DNA from: Folioceros fuciformis
Taxonomy: Eukaryota
Direction of reading: 5' to 3'
Assembly (NCBI GenBank): GCA_049999805.1
Contig: JBNGIO010004527.1
Span: 40,470 to 91,824, forward strand
DNA length: 51,355 nt
In this document: piece by piece, positions 1 through 11,400 of the stretch
How the letters are laid out: every line of letters starts with the position of its first letter
How positions within the stretch are numbered: the stretch's first letter is position 1
Program-made: the position numbers and the translations under genes
Notes under the pieces: model-generated
The model's input: only the letters and a program-made list of their open reading frames with translations
What the model was told of the DNA's origin: nothing
Databases searched by the model: none

Positions 1-454
1 CACGGCGTCAGAGTAGAAGTAGGGTAGCCTAGACTTGGCAAACAAAACAAAACACCACTGTGACAAGCGGGGCCTGACGAGCTTTCAGACACACCTTCTT
101 ATTAGCCCCAACAGAAACATACCACTTCGGTCTGGTGCCACGTTTACTCTCACTTCCTGATGTTGGCATTTCTATCCGCCTTTTTCTTGCGTCTCTATTG
201 TTGGCCTGCCTCTCACTCTCACATAAATAACACAAAAGATTTGGAAAACCCCGTATGTAGGTGCACACATATATAGATGTGCAGAAATAAGCTCATGTGA
301 TATCAATAACATCTATTCCCAAAAAGAAATTTCTACACCTGGTACATCGTGAGCCAACCTATACATTGACTTCTTTGTAATATACCAAGATCGTTCTTCT
401 CCATCTTCGGAATCAAGATTCATGGAAAGTATAGAAGCTAACTGACCCATGTTA

Positions 455-568
455 CCCTCTCGTCTCTTTTGATCTCTATTCTCCAAGGCTTGGCTGGGCT
501 CTAGCTCGGCTCCCTCTCGTCTCTTTTGATCTCTATTCTCCAAGGCTTGACTGGGCTCTAGCTCGGCT
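455..568. repeat. 57-bp direct tandem duplication (2 copies)
   Basis: CCCTCTCGTCTCTTTTGATCTCTATTCTCCAAGGCTTG(G/A)CTGGGCTCTAGCTCGGCT at 455 and 512, one mismatch; followed by GCTCG micro-repeats. Confidence 0.95.
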
Positions 569-1124
569 CGGCTCGGCTAGGCTCAGCCTGCCTTTCCTTT
601 CTCCTACATGCCCGAGGTTGAGCTTTGCAGCCTCCAAGAATCCTATTTGAAGAACAATTTTACGTGCACTTGCGGTACAGTTCGCAGCTCGCCTTCACTC
701 TTGCTCAGGAAGAATGCATGGTCTTGGCTTCTGGTCCAAAGCTTTGTTATGCATTCTGCGAATAACAACTTTCACTACATCAATGCACTTCTTTTAGGGT
801 TTGGTCCAAGTTACCATTATCAAGTTTGCCAACTTGCAGCTATGGGCTGCTAGCTTGTCGATGGAATATGGAACTCACATAACCTATTGCTCCTCACAAC
901 ACATATCTTATAGCACACTTGTTCTCGAGGACCAAGAAGGGTTTGTCCTTTTCAAAGATAGAGTGCTCTTGTACTTTCCACTAAGTGATAAAAAAGGCTA
1001 GCGTCTGTCCTTTTCATAGGTACAGCGCTCTTGTACTCTCCTCAACATGCTTCGTCTTAAGGCTTATTTGTTGTTTCTGATAGAGGATAAGGTTTTTGTG
1101 GCAATGTGCTAGATAGGGACCCTG

Positions 1125-1226
1125 CTGAGCACATTGATAGTCAATCAGCAAGTTCTCCTCAACCCTATTGAGCACATTGATTGTCAAGCAACAAGTTCTC
1201 CTCAACCCTTCTGAGCACATTGATAG
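1125..1226. repeat. About 43-bp tandem repeat, about 2.4 copies
   Basis: TGAGCACATTGAT...CAAGTTCTCCTCAACCCT unit; the TGAGCACATTGAT head occurs three times. Confidence 0.85.
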
Positions 1227-1738
1227 CTAGTTGTCAAGTTCCTTCAAGCCTATGGTTGAGATATACCAGTACTTTTTGCTATAAAATGGGCACACCTTCA
1301 TGTCCTTGGCCATTGAGGCTCATGTAGCTGTTGTGTGCATGTTTGTCCAAGGAATGTGATCAAGGCTCACCACTAATGCAAGAATATGTTGACATCACTT
1401 CCTCCAAGCTTATATTGTAATAATGTCTTCAAACACGTGTGGATAGCACTCTCTTGATCTGCCATAGTTTTGAGTCATTTCCAAAAGTTCAAGTTTGTCT
1501 ATATACACATCGTCTTGTCATTAATTTCGGTCAGTGAAAGTAAAGGCTAGTCGGCTTCAAATCTAGATTGTCTATCCACAATGTCAACGTCCTTGCACAC
1601 TTACATCCAATTGTGGGACCTTCTTCTCCACATAGCAAGCCTAGTTTTGCAAAATCTACAAGCCTACTTTTGGAAGTACGTTCGTCCACATAAACTAAGT
1701 AGTTATTTGTTCATGCTATGTCTGTTTTTTGAGTCTAT

Positions 1739-1833
1739 GCAGCTTGTTGCTAGTAGAGTGGTTGTTGCTTTCCATATGATGTCCTTGGTCGCAGCTTGTT
1801 GCTAGTAGAGTGGTTGTTGCTTTCCATATGATG
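1739..1833. repeat. Direct duplication with 52-bp period
   Basis: GCAGCTTGTTGCTAGTAGAGTGGTTGTTGCTTTCCATATGATG at 1739 and 1791. Confidence 0.95.
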
Positions 1834-2609
1834 CCCAAGGACGCTTGTGAAGACCTTGTTGTGTGTGTTGTGATTTGAGAAATAGGGCATCACATTTGCC
1901 CTGATCTAGAGGTAGCCTACACGATGTTGGTACGTGGAGCACAACCAAGCCAAGAAGGCTGTAAAATTCTCTTTTTGCCCGGGGCCGAAGGTGGCCTTCA
2001 CGAGGATGGTATGAGCAGCCAAAAGGGCTCAGAAAGCTGTTCTCATGATTGGACAGGTTGTGAAGAAAGTGGATATTGAATTCAAATAAACCAGGGTTCC
2101 GGCTCTGAATCGAGTGCAAGGTCGCGCAAGCGGAAACAGCTTAGATGCTGGCTATGTCCAACTTAAAAATTGCAACTCTTTTTGTCGCAATGATCAAAAC
2201 CCAGAAAAAGTCACATCCAGCCGGACGGTGCGCCTCCAAGTCACCGACGATGGGGTCACAATCAGCAGGAAGGCAAGCCATGAGTTGCCCAACCAACCAC
2301 AAAACCCCACGCAAGATTTACAGGACAGAAGCAGGCGATTCTGCCGCAACATCTGAGACCAACCCAGTACGCTGTGGCGAACTACAATGCACCACGTGAG
2401 AGAGGGAAATAATTTAAACCAAACAAAATGACGCCAAAAGTGTCGAATTATCCAAAGTACAACGATCTTCGAGAATCCTCGTCCAGCAAAACTTGAGACA
2501 TGTAGGATCGCGCCCGCACGACCAAACCCCCCACCACCCACCTCGCTGGAGCTCCTCGCAGAATTGCTGTGCAGCCGCCGTTCGCGGTCCAAACTCCCAG
2601 ACAACTCAG

Positions 2610-3053
2610 CTACCGGTAGGATTTCTGGAACCGGGCTCGGGCACCACGACCTCCAAACTTCTTCGGCTCGCAGCGCCGGGGATCAGCCACCAGCAAAGTC
2701 CTGTCGTACCTGACCAGGATGTCCTTGATCTCCTGCTTGGTCTGCTCGTCCACGTACTTCTGGAAGTAGGCCACTAGAGCCTTCGCGATGCTCTGCCGGA
2801 TAGCGTAGATCTGGGAGGTGTGCCCTCCGCCTCTCACCCGGATCCTCATGTCAACCTCGGCAAAACGGTGGCGGCCTAGCAATAAGATAGGCTCGAAGGC
2901 CTTGTACCGCAGAATTTCGGGCTCCACCAGCTCGATCGGGCAGCCATTGATTTTGATCAACCCGCGCCCCCGCTTGCAGTAGGTCACAGCCACGGCTGTC
3001 TTCTTCCTCCCGAAGCACTGCACCGCCTCCTTTGCCCCAGCTGCTGCCGCCAT
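2610..3053 (-). CDS. RPS16: 40S ribosomal protein S16 (uS9), cytosolic, intronless CDS, 147 aa
   Basis: [37 protein letters not shown]...[22 protein letters not shown]...[27 protein letters not shown] at 3053-3051. Confidence 0.98.
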   Translation of the reverse strand: MAAAAGAKEAVQCFGRKKTAVAVTYCKRGRGLIKINGCPIELVEPEILRYKAFEPILLLGRHRFAEVDMRIRVRGGGHTSQIYAIRQSIAKALVAYFQKYVDEQTKQEIKDILVRYDRTLLVADPRRCEPKKFGGRGARARFQKSYR

Positions 3054-3128
3054 GGCTACGTCCGAGCCCGCTAGCGCACCGAGGACCTTAACGCCTGTGC
3101 GCACCACACCCTCTCGTCTACAGCGCAG

Positions 3129-3190
3129 AAACCCTAAGCAAACCCTTCTGGTTCCAAAGGAAAAACATGTCGTAGATGTACATATATATA
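3129..3190 (-). promoter_or_regulatory. RPS16 promoter: telo-box and TATA-like element
   Basis: AAACCCTAA at 3129-3137 (telo-box typical of plant ribosomal-protein genes) and an ATATATATA run at 3182-3190, upstream of the ATG. Confidence 0.6.
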
Positions 3191-3309
3191 GAAAGATCCT
3201 AAACCTCTGCGGAACTTGCTATCCCTGGAACTTTTTTGCGGGGGACATCACTGTTACTATGTCTAAATACGGACTATAGAAGGCTTATTTGAGTACGCAG
3301 GGTCTTCAC

Positions 3310-3722
3310 AGACCACAGTAGCCAGATCGGAGTTGTGGACTGTCTCAATGCGGTTTAGAGCATGTGATGCAGCCGGATTCTCGCTGTTGCTCGCGGATCT
3401 CGATGAAGTCACGGGAAAGCAACTTTTTTTGTCTGAATTATTCCCTTCTGTCCCGCCGGTACATGTTCCGGTGTTATCACCTGCTTCGTTCGTAATGAAG
3501 CTTGCTCGAGGTTTTCTTGGCTGGGCGGTTTCTCATAAGGCTTGCATTCCAGCTGATTGCGATTGATCCTTGGTGACTTAGGGCTCGCCTTCCGGCTGGA
3601 TATGACTGCTTTCTGGGCTGTGCTCGTTGTGACCAAGAAACTGCAATTTTCAGGTTGGGCATGGCCATCATCTATTCCCCATTTCTCACATGCTCGAGCT
3701 TGAACACGAGCTCGATCCAGGA
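3310..3722 (+). pseudogene. Inverted, diverged copy of the RPS16 stop/3'UTR/downstream region
   Basis: The reverse complement aligns by eye to about 2104-2612. Example: TAGATGATGGCCATGCCCAACCTGAAAATTGCA vs TAGATGCTGGCTATGTCCAACTTAAAAATTGCA; CATATCCAGCCGGA vs CACATCCAGCCGGA. Confidence 0.75.
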
Positions 3723-3944
3723 TCGAAGGAGTAAAACAAGCAAGGCATGAAACAGCCAGGTGAGAGCTCTTTTGGCAACATCGGGTAGGCTGCAAATCTC
3801 TGTGGGTAAGAAAAAGGACATCCCTCGTACTTGAGAAGCCCTATTTCTCAAGCAGTCCCGGAAATGGTGTCCATGCAGGCGGGCAAAGATGCCCTTTGCC
3901 GGTATGGAGGTTTCAAGCTTGTAACGTTAGGCAAACGTCTGACA

Positions 3945-6701
3945 TCATTTTGGGTTCTTATTTTGTGAAAGAAAGGGCTCGTTCTTCCTTGTCGAGTCGC
4001 CAACTACAAAGCTGTGCACGAGTCCGTTCATGTCTGTCCACCAGCTCTGACCTGGCTGCTTCCATGCTCTGATTTCTCTTCTCCTTACCTGCATTTCCTC
4101 AGCCTGTTCCCACATCTCAGCACCAGTATAGATGTTGGACATCAACACATATGCTGCGGCATCGTTCTCGTCTAACTTCAGTGCTTGGTCGAATGAATAG
4201 CGTGCCACCTCCACATTGCTCCACTTCTGGCAAGCACTCAGCATGGTGTGCCAGACAGTTGAATTTGGGGGAACAGGCATTGTGGTCACCAAAGTGAGTG
4301 TCTCATCCAATCTGCCTGCACGGCCCAGGAGGTCCACCATGCAGGTATAATGCTCGATAGTCGGAGCGATGCCGTAGTCTCTGCTCATGTTGTCGAACAG
4401 CTCTCTCCCCTTGTTCACCTGGCCAGCGTGACTGCACACTGATAGCACACTTAGCAATGTAATGCCGACCGGCTGTATGCCATCGCCTTTCATTTTCTGC
4501 AGCAAGTTGAAGACCACTTCGCTGTCTCCTTGACATGCATAGCCGCCAATCAGTGCAGTCCAGACAACCTCGTCCCGTTCGGGTAACGCATCAAACATCT
4601 GCTGTGCGTCAATCATGCTCCCACATTTGCCATACATGTTTATCAAACTGCCTGCTACAAACATATCTGCCAGAAGCCCGTGCTCTTCAATCTGTGCATG
4701 CAGCTGCCTTCCCAGATTCAGAGCTGCCACATTTGCACACGCCTGCAGGAGGCACGCAAACGTCACAGAATCGGGTACAGACATGCCTTCTTCGTGCATA
4801 GCACTGTAAAGACGAAGGGCCTCGTGCCCCATTCCCTCCTGCGAATATCCTGCAATCAAGGCAGTCCACGTGACCACATCTTTGTCCCCAAGTTCTTGAA
4901 ACACTCTTTCCGCATCGTCCAGGCTGCCACACTTTGCATACATGTTTATCAAACTGTTGGTTACAAACACTTGTGCTTGGAGTCCTCGTTCTCTGATTTG
5001 CGTATGAAGCTGCTTGCCTCTCTGCAGTGCTGGGGTTCCCACACTCGCACATGCCTGCAGGAGGCATACAAATGTCACAGAATCGGGTACAGATATCCCC
5101 TCTTCCTGCATAACAGCGTGAACCCGAAGCGCTTCTTGCCCCATGCCCCTCTGGGAATATCCTGCTATCATGGCAGTCCACGTCACTGCATCTTTTCTAC
5201 CAAGGCCGTCAAACACTTGTTGAGCATCTTCCAAACTGCCACACTTCGCATACATGGTAACCAAGCTGTTGCCTACAAAAACATGAGTGTCATGTCCTCG
5301 TTCTCTAATCTGCCTGTGAAGCTGCTTCCCTGTCTCCAATGCCTGGACGCCCAAACTTGCACACGATTGCAACAGACACACAAATGTCGCAGAATCAGGT
5401 GCAGCCTCACCCTCTTCCTGCATAACACCGTATAGACGAAGGGCTTCCTGGCCCATGCCCTGCTGACAATACCCTGCAATCAAAGCCGTCCACATGACCA
5501 CATCCTTCCGACGAAGTCCGTCAAACACTTTGCGAGCTTCTTTCAAGCTGCCACACTTGGCATACATGTTCACCAAACTGGTGGCCAAGAAGACATGAGC
5601 TTGGTGCCTTCGTTCTCTGATCTGCACATGAAGCCTCTTTCCCATCTCCAACGCCTGGGCACCCAAACTTGCACAAGCCTGCAGGAGGCACATAAACGTC
5701 ACAGCATTCGGCGCAACAATGCCTTCATCTTCCATCTCCGTGTACAGACGAAGGGCTTCCTGCCCCAGACCATGCTGCGAATACCCTCCTATCATGGCAT
5801 TCCACGTGACCACATCCTTTCCATCAATCCCATCGAAGACAGCCCGGGCATCTTCCAAGCTGCCACATTTGGAATACATGTCCACCAAGCAACTGCAAAC
5901 GAACAACCCAGGCTGTACTCCACTGTCCAGCACATCATCATGCACCCGCTGCCCAGATCTTAAGTCCGATCCCCTTGCACACGCCTGAAGGGCTGCCACA
6001 AACACATGACCATCAGGCTTTACACCCGACCTGCGCATCCCATCATACAGCTGTATGGCCTGCTTGTCTTGCCCCTGTTTCACGTGCGCAGAGATTATGG
6101 AGGACCACATGAAGGCATCTGGCTTTGCCACCTTGGTGAACACGTCCATCGCGTCTTGCAACCTGCCATGGGAAGCATACATTCGGAGGATGTGATTGCC
6201 CAAGAACGTATCCGACTCGAACCCCCTCTCCACCGCGAGGGCATGGACTCGGCGGCCCAGCACAAGATTCTTGCTCCCCATACATTTCTTCAGGACAGCG
6301 AAGAAGAGAGACTTTGGAATGGCACGGTCTTGCTGCACCAGCACCCCCAATGCCTCAACAGTCTCAGTCAGACGGCCCTGTTCGCATAGCTTGCTCACGG
6401 TTTCGTGCCCTGCAGGCCTGGCAGGGTCAGGATTCTCAGGTAAGCTCTTCTTCAATCGGGCGTCACGACGACCCGACGCAATATCTACAGCAGTAAGCTG
6501 TGTAGCTGGCTGTCGGTCATCTCTGTCGTGCACCACCGTGACTTTGTTGTTTGCGGCTCGGTGGTCCCTCGAGGCCAGGTGGGAGGGAGCATCGCACAGA
6601 ATTCGGTTCAGCGCACCGCTTCGTTGGGTCGGTGAAAGCCGGGCGCACACGGGATCATGTTGGCCATTCTGACAGTCAATAGCAACGCTCCAGACTGCCA
6701 T
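3945..6701 (-). CDS. PLS-class pentatricopeptide repeat protein with E1-E2-E+ (truncated WW-type DYW); organellar RNA-editing factor
   Basis: Intronless 918-aa ORF; repeated P1-L1-S1 triplets (VTWTALIAGY / TFVCLLQACA / NSLINMYAKCGSL), then P2-L2-S2 (IEHYTCMVDLLGRAG), E1, E2 and PGQSWWTD...HSFVVGD; no HxE/CxxC before the stop. Confidence 0.95.
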   Translation of the reverse strand: MAVWSVAIDCQNGQHDPVCARLSPTQRSGALNRILCDAPSHLASRDHRAANNKVTVVHDRDDRQPATQLTAVDIASGRRDARLKKSLPENPDPARPAGHETVSKLCEQGRLTETVEALGVLVQQDRAIPKSLFFAVLKKCMGSKNLVLGRRVHALAVERGFESDTFLGNHILRMYASHGRLQDAMDVFTKVAKPDAFMWSSIISAHVKQGQDKQAIQLYDGMRRSGVKPDGHVFVAALQACARGSDLRSGQRVHDDVLDSGVQPGLFVCSCLVDMYSKCGSLEDARAVFDGIDGKDVVTWNAMIGGYSQHGLGQEALRLYTEMEDEGIVAPNAVTFMCLLQACASLGAQALEMGKRLHVQIRERRHQAHVFLATSLVNMYAKCGSLKEARKVFDGLRRKDVVMWTALIAGYCQQGMGQEALRLYGVMQEEGEAAPDSATFVCLLQSCASLGVQALETGKQLHRQIRERGHDTHVFVGNSLVTMYAKCGSLEDAQQVFDGLGRKDAVTWTAMIAGYSQRGMGQEALRVHAVMQEEGISVPDSVTFVCLLQACASVGTPALQRGKQLHTQIRERGLQAQVFVTNSLINMYAKCGSLDDAERVFQELGDKDVVTWTALIAGYSQEGMGHEALRLYSAMHEEGMSVPDSVTFACLLQACANVAALNLGRQLHAQIEEHGLLADMFVAGSLINMYGKCGSMIDAQQMFDALPERDEVVWTALIGGYACQGDSEVVFNLLQKMKGDGIQPVGITLLSVLSVCSHAGQVNKGRELFDNMSRDYGIAPTIEHYTCMVDLLGRAGRLDETLTLVTTMPVPPNSTVWHTMLSACQKWSNVEVARYSFDQALKLDENDAAAYVLMSNIYTGAEMWEQAEEMQVRRREIRAWKQPGQSWWTDMNGLVHSFVVGDSTRKNEPFLSQNKNPK

Positions 6702-8437
6702 CGCTCACAGAGCTGGTTCCTGAGCCAGCCAGCCGGCGTTGATTACCAACACCAAGTAGCTGCCTACCTACCTGGTCTCCCTCACTCCCTTCCCTTGGAC
6801 CAAAGCAACCGTACCCCGCATCTTCTAATAGGGCCTGGTACAGAGGAAGCGTGAGTTTGAGCGAAGCGTTTTTGCACAGCCAAGCAGGCCGCAGTGGAGA
6901 GAGTGCATTCCAGGGGACAGGGAAGCTGTTCGAGAAACAAAGGGCTCTCAATGGAGGTGCTCCTTGGCACAGCGCAAACTGTACCTTGCTTGAACTTTGC
7001 GCCTCCCCAGCCTGAGAGGGCAGCTTGAAATGGAGACCACACAGGAGCCTAGTCCTGACTTGCTTTCGGTTACCATGGTGTTGCGTTGCGGACTATACAG
7101 TCTTGCTTGGCTTTGTTTGCCTAGTCCGTCCCAGTCAGACGGATTGAGAGATGATTGTGTGATGTAGTCACATACTTCTCTGACACACGGTTGATGGCTA
7201 ATGTTTTTCCGATGCCATGAACTGACACTGTGTGTACTGCACACATCCAAGGCCGTCCCAGCTCCTCCCTGCGAAATCAAGACGCCTGCTTTTCACCACC
7301 CCACGATCCTCAATGCAGCTCATGCTTCCACCAACCGTGACCTTGCAGCACAGAAATGTGAGATGCTTGTTATGCTGCTGCAAATGCAACGGACTCTGAA
7401 TGTCCCTCTTGCGCACCAGGAACCTTTGCCTGTGGATGCCTGAGGTGCGCGTGTGCCTTGCTCTCACCAGCGAGCGCATCTCGTGTGGCTGGTCCCTGAA
7501 AGCTCACAAAATGGCACAAATCGAAGGACGGGTTCTGGAGTGCTTCTCTAAGAAGCGAAAGCCGGTGCTACAGACACCATTCCCGCAAACGTCGAATCCC
7601 GGCTCGGCAGCACCAAAGCCATTGAGGAAGATTTCTCTTCATTTCTACAAGGGACGAATTTCCGTCGCAGGAGAGACATACAACAGGGCCTAACCAAAAT
7701 TAATTGCTACACACAAGAAACGAAATCTTGAGTAGGAGGTGACAAAAAAACAAGTAGGATATATTAACAAGCTGCAAACACGCTGCGCTTTAGGGGGCAA
7801 CATTGACAGCCCTCAGGGCTGAGAGAACGAAAGGAGTCCGGGCCAATCGAACCAGTGACGCCCATTTCGATAATAATTTTGTAGCTATTCCTTTTACGAC
7901 TTTTTACGTGTGCAGATTTCAAGGAGGAGGACGTGGCTTGGAGGAGCCAGTATCTCCGCCCTCCCCAAGCCAAACTTGTCCCGAGCGATGGCCACCCGGT
8001 CGATGGCGAATTGTTTCTCTCCTGAAAATTGGAAGCGGCGGTGAGGCATTGAATGCGATTCTGAATTTGTTCCGCCTCCGAGGAGATGGAGAGCTTGCGG
8101 TATCATGTCTCTGGAGGAGAAGCATTGTCGTTGAGTGATAGAACAGGAAACTAATTATATGCGACGCACTCGGGATTGAATACCGCTTCGTTGCACATCA
8201 ATATCGCGGTGCGGTCCCTGAATTATGAACGGGGGCTGGTCATCTAAGGATACTCCTCTTCTTGCCATATCTTTTCCAGCCTATCTTCAAGCTCGTGCCG
8301 CGCCGCGATTGCTTCAAGCGGTTCTTTGTTCAGAGGGGATAGTCTTGAAGTCGTGAATTGGATACACAGCTGCTTTTTTTTTTATTTGCAGATAGCTCAA
8401 TTCCGTTCAGTCAAGTTTTGAGCGGGGGCTGTGATCT

Positions 8438-11400
8438 ATGGAGACCTGCCTCGATCCTGATGCGTTGAAAACAGTCTCCTTCTTGCCGCCTCCTTTCCAG
8501 ACAATCTTCAAGTTCAGGTGTTCGGATCGCCTCAACTTGTGGTTCCGTGAGCCGAGGGAACGGTCTTGAAGTCCTGATGAGGACGCTTAGCTGGTTTTTG
8601 TTTGCAGGTACTTCAATCCCGTTCAGAGTGAGAGCTTTGCGGAAACTTTTCTGTCTGATGTGAACATGGTCGTATCGGCGCCAACCGGAAGCGGCAAGAC
8701 CGTCCTGTTCGAGCTTTGTATTCTGCGACTTCTTAGGCGAAACCTCACGCCCGATGGGAGATACATTCACGCACCGGGAGCTTTGAAAATGGTAGAAAGC
8801 GTCCTCTGTTGGATTTGTCTTCCAACGCAGTGGTGCGCTGATTTCTGGTGGCCAGCAAATGTCGTTTGTTGTCGTATGCCAGGTGTACATTGCCCCCTTG
8901 AAGGCTCTCGTACAGGAAAAGGCCAGAGACTGGGGACACCGGTTTGGCGGGAATTTGGGGCTGAAATGTCAGGAGCTCACAGGAGATAGTGACGTCTCCA
9001 GCATCAAGGACATGCAAGAGACTGACATATTCTTGACTACCCCGGAAGTGAGCAGCGCGATTATGATGAGGAGCAGGTTGCCTGAGATTGCAGTTCGCAT
9101 TCTGACACTTTCACAAACGTGGAACTGCAGAAGTTTGACTCTATCACTCGTCGCCATCGAGATCACGGTGTCCTGAGCTTCTTTGGAGACATTGCTCTGC
9201 TTCTACTGGACGAAGTCCACCTGCTGAGTGATCCACGTGGAGCAGCTCTGGAGGCTGTAGTCAGCAGGATGAAGATGCTTGCTCGATACCCTGAGCTGAA
9301 AGGATGCCCGCTTGCTGCCATACGGATGGTTGCCGTGTCGGCAACAATCCCTAACATCGAGGATCTTGGTACAAGAGTTGATGATCTACTTTTCCTTCTA
9401 CTTCGTACAGGGCTCACCTAGCTTGTCGATCACTCAACGTGCCTAGCCATGACCGTTGTATGCTCTTCGTGATCGCAGCTGACTGGCTACAAGCTCCCAA
9501 GCAAGGATTGAAGAGGTAACTCCAGCACATAGCCCCCCATCAGTAGTCGTGCTCTGTCCTCCTTTTCAATGTGCCATTATATATATAGATGTGGATGGTG
9601 CAGGTTTGGGGAGGAAACACGGCCTGTAAAGCTGACCACAAAAGTTTATGGTATACACTCTAGTATAAGGACGAGAGTCCGTTGTCTTCCCTGGATCGGA
9701 GGTCACTGTAGCGAGAGAGTGTACTTTTTGGTTTGACGAACATGTCCGCTTGACAAGCCGTTGTTGCAGGTTATTCTTCGGCCAAGAATGATTTTCTTTT
9801 CGAAAGAGTAAGCGTTTGCTGGAACCCTTCCCGCTGAATTTCAGATAGCCGGAGTCGATCATTCTCTGACGCCAACCTTCGCATTTTCTCGCATGCCCCT
9901 TCCGGAGTTTCAGCGACTACAAGGCGTCCTTTTCGGTAAGCGAATCACATAAATCTTTCGTTGTCAATAGTGTTATGAGCTGATCTCTGTCTTTTGTGAA
10001 CTGTCGTCATCACTCTGTGCAGAAACGTTGATGCAACATAGTCAAGGAAAGCCAACTTTAGTGTTCTGCTCTACTAGAAGGGGAGCTCAGGAGGCTGCTG
10101 TAACACTCGCAGATGCAGTGTCCAAACCTGGATTCAGGAACCCTTTCGTCAGATCCCAAGGACAGCTCGATCGATTGCAAGCAGCTGCTTCGGCTTCTCA
10201 AGACAAACAAATGCAAGCATGCATAAGATGCGGAGGTAGGCATTGCTTCTGAGGTCGTTTTTGTGTTGTTTTCCCCTTGCTCTCGGTGTTGAAAATACGG
10301 ACCTTTTTGTACCGGATACAGTTGGATTTCACAACGGTGGACTTGGGTTGACGGAGAGGAATCTAGTTGAAAGTCTGTTTTCTAAGGGCGATCTGCAAGT
10401 CCTCTGTACAACAAACACCCTAGCACAAGGAGTAAATCTGCCAGCTTACCTTGTGATCATTAAGTCCACACAGTACTAGTAAGCTGTCACCAACTGCTGA
10501 AACTAAGATTGGCTGTGAGGACCAAGCCGTGCATCAGGCGCCGTAACATCTTTCAGAGCTAAGTTGTTGGGTCGTGTGCTAGTAACAAAGATAAAGGAGG
10601 TTATGTGGAATACGAGCGATCAACAGTCGCACAGGTGCTCGTTTCAGAATAAAAGTTTGTTTTTGGGCTGCATTTCTAGTTTCATGAAATGTATATCTCC
10701 TTTTCTCTCTAGATGTGTGGACGAGCTGGACGACCTCAATTTGGCGACAGTGGTGCCATCGTCGTTATGACTCGAAAGGAAACAGTGAGTCGCTGTGGAT
10801 AGTGCTCGTCGTTCAATGCTTATACGCACGCCTGGTGTGAAAGTTACCGGGGTCAGAACAGAGAAATAGAGGACCCGCTTCTCACAGGCAGGAACATATC
10901 GTCGGACATCTCATCTGGTCTGTCCTGTGTAGGTACACCTTTATGAGAACATCCTCGCCGGCACAGAGGCCGTGGAATCCCAGTGAGCTTTCGTTTAGCA
11001 TTGTCAGTGCTTTTCCCGGCGTTTGCTCGCAATGATGTCATGAGAGGGAAGATGACGAGACACTGCAGCCAGGCAACAGCTAAGCTAATCATGACGTGTT
11101 CTAGGTTGCTATCATCCATAGCAGAACATCTCAACGCTGAAATCGTACTGATGACAGTAACTGATGTCAGTCTGGCTATAGATTGGCTAAAATGCTCGTT
11201 CCTGTACGTCCGCCTGAAAAAGGTAAACTCCCAACCAGCCCTCTCGCAACAATACGAGGGAGGCAGAAATCCTATTGATCATTCTGATGGACGGTTGGTA
11301 TCCCCTCTTGCCACTGTGTTCTGTCGTTATGGTCCCTGTTGAATCGTCACCTGTAGAATCCTCAGCATTACGAAATCCAAGTGGGTCTTTCAGATGAACA

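Larger units (their letters stand above)
300..2100. mobile_element. Decayed, probably TE-derived or otherwise repetitive block (family not identifiable)
   Basis: AT-richer and visibly CpG-poor compared with the genes; only short broken ORFs; three internal tandem duplications. No TIR, LTR or recognisable transposase motif seen. Confidence 0.35.

Noticed and set aside
455..1833. Short direct repeats as a CRISPR-like array
   Set aside because: Only 2-3 adjacent copies each, no spacer series, no cas genes, eukaryotic context.
2114..2399. Similar short ORFs at 2145-2399 (+) and 3477-3671 (-) as a paralogous peptide pair
   Set aside because: The similarity is at DNA level with frame-breaking indels and no third-position bias; it is a by-product of the inverted 3'UTR copy.
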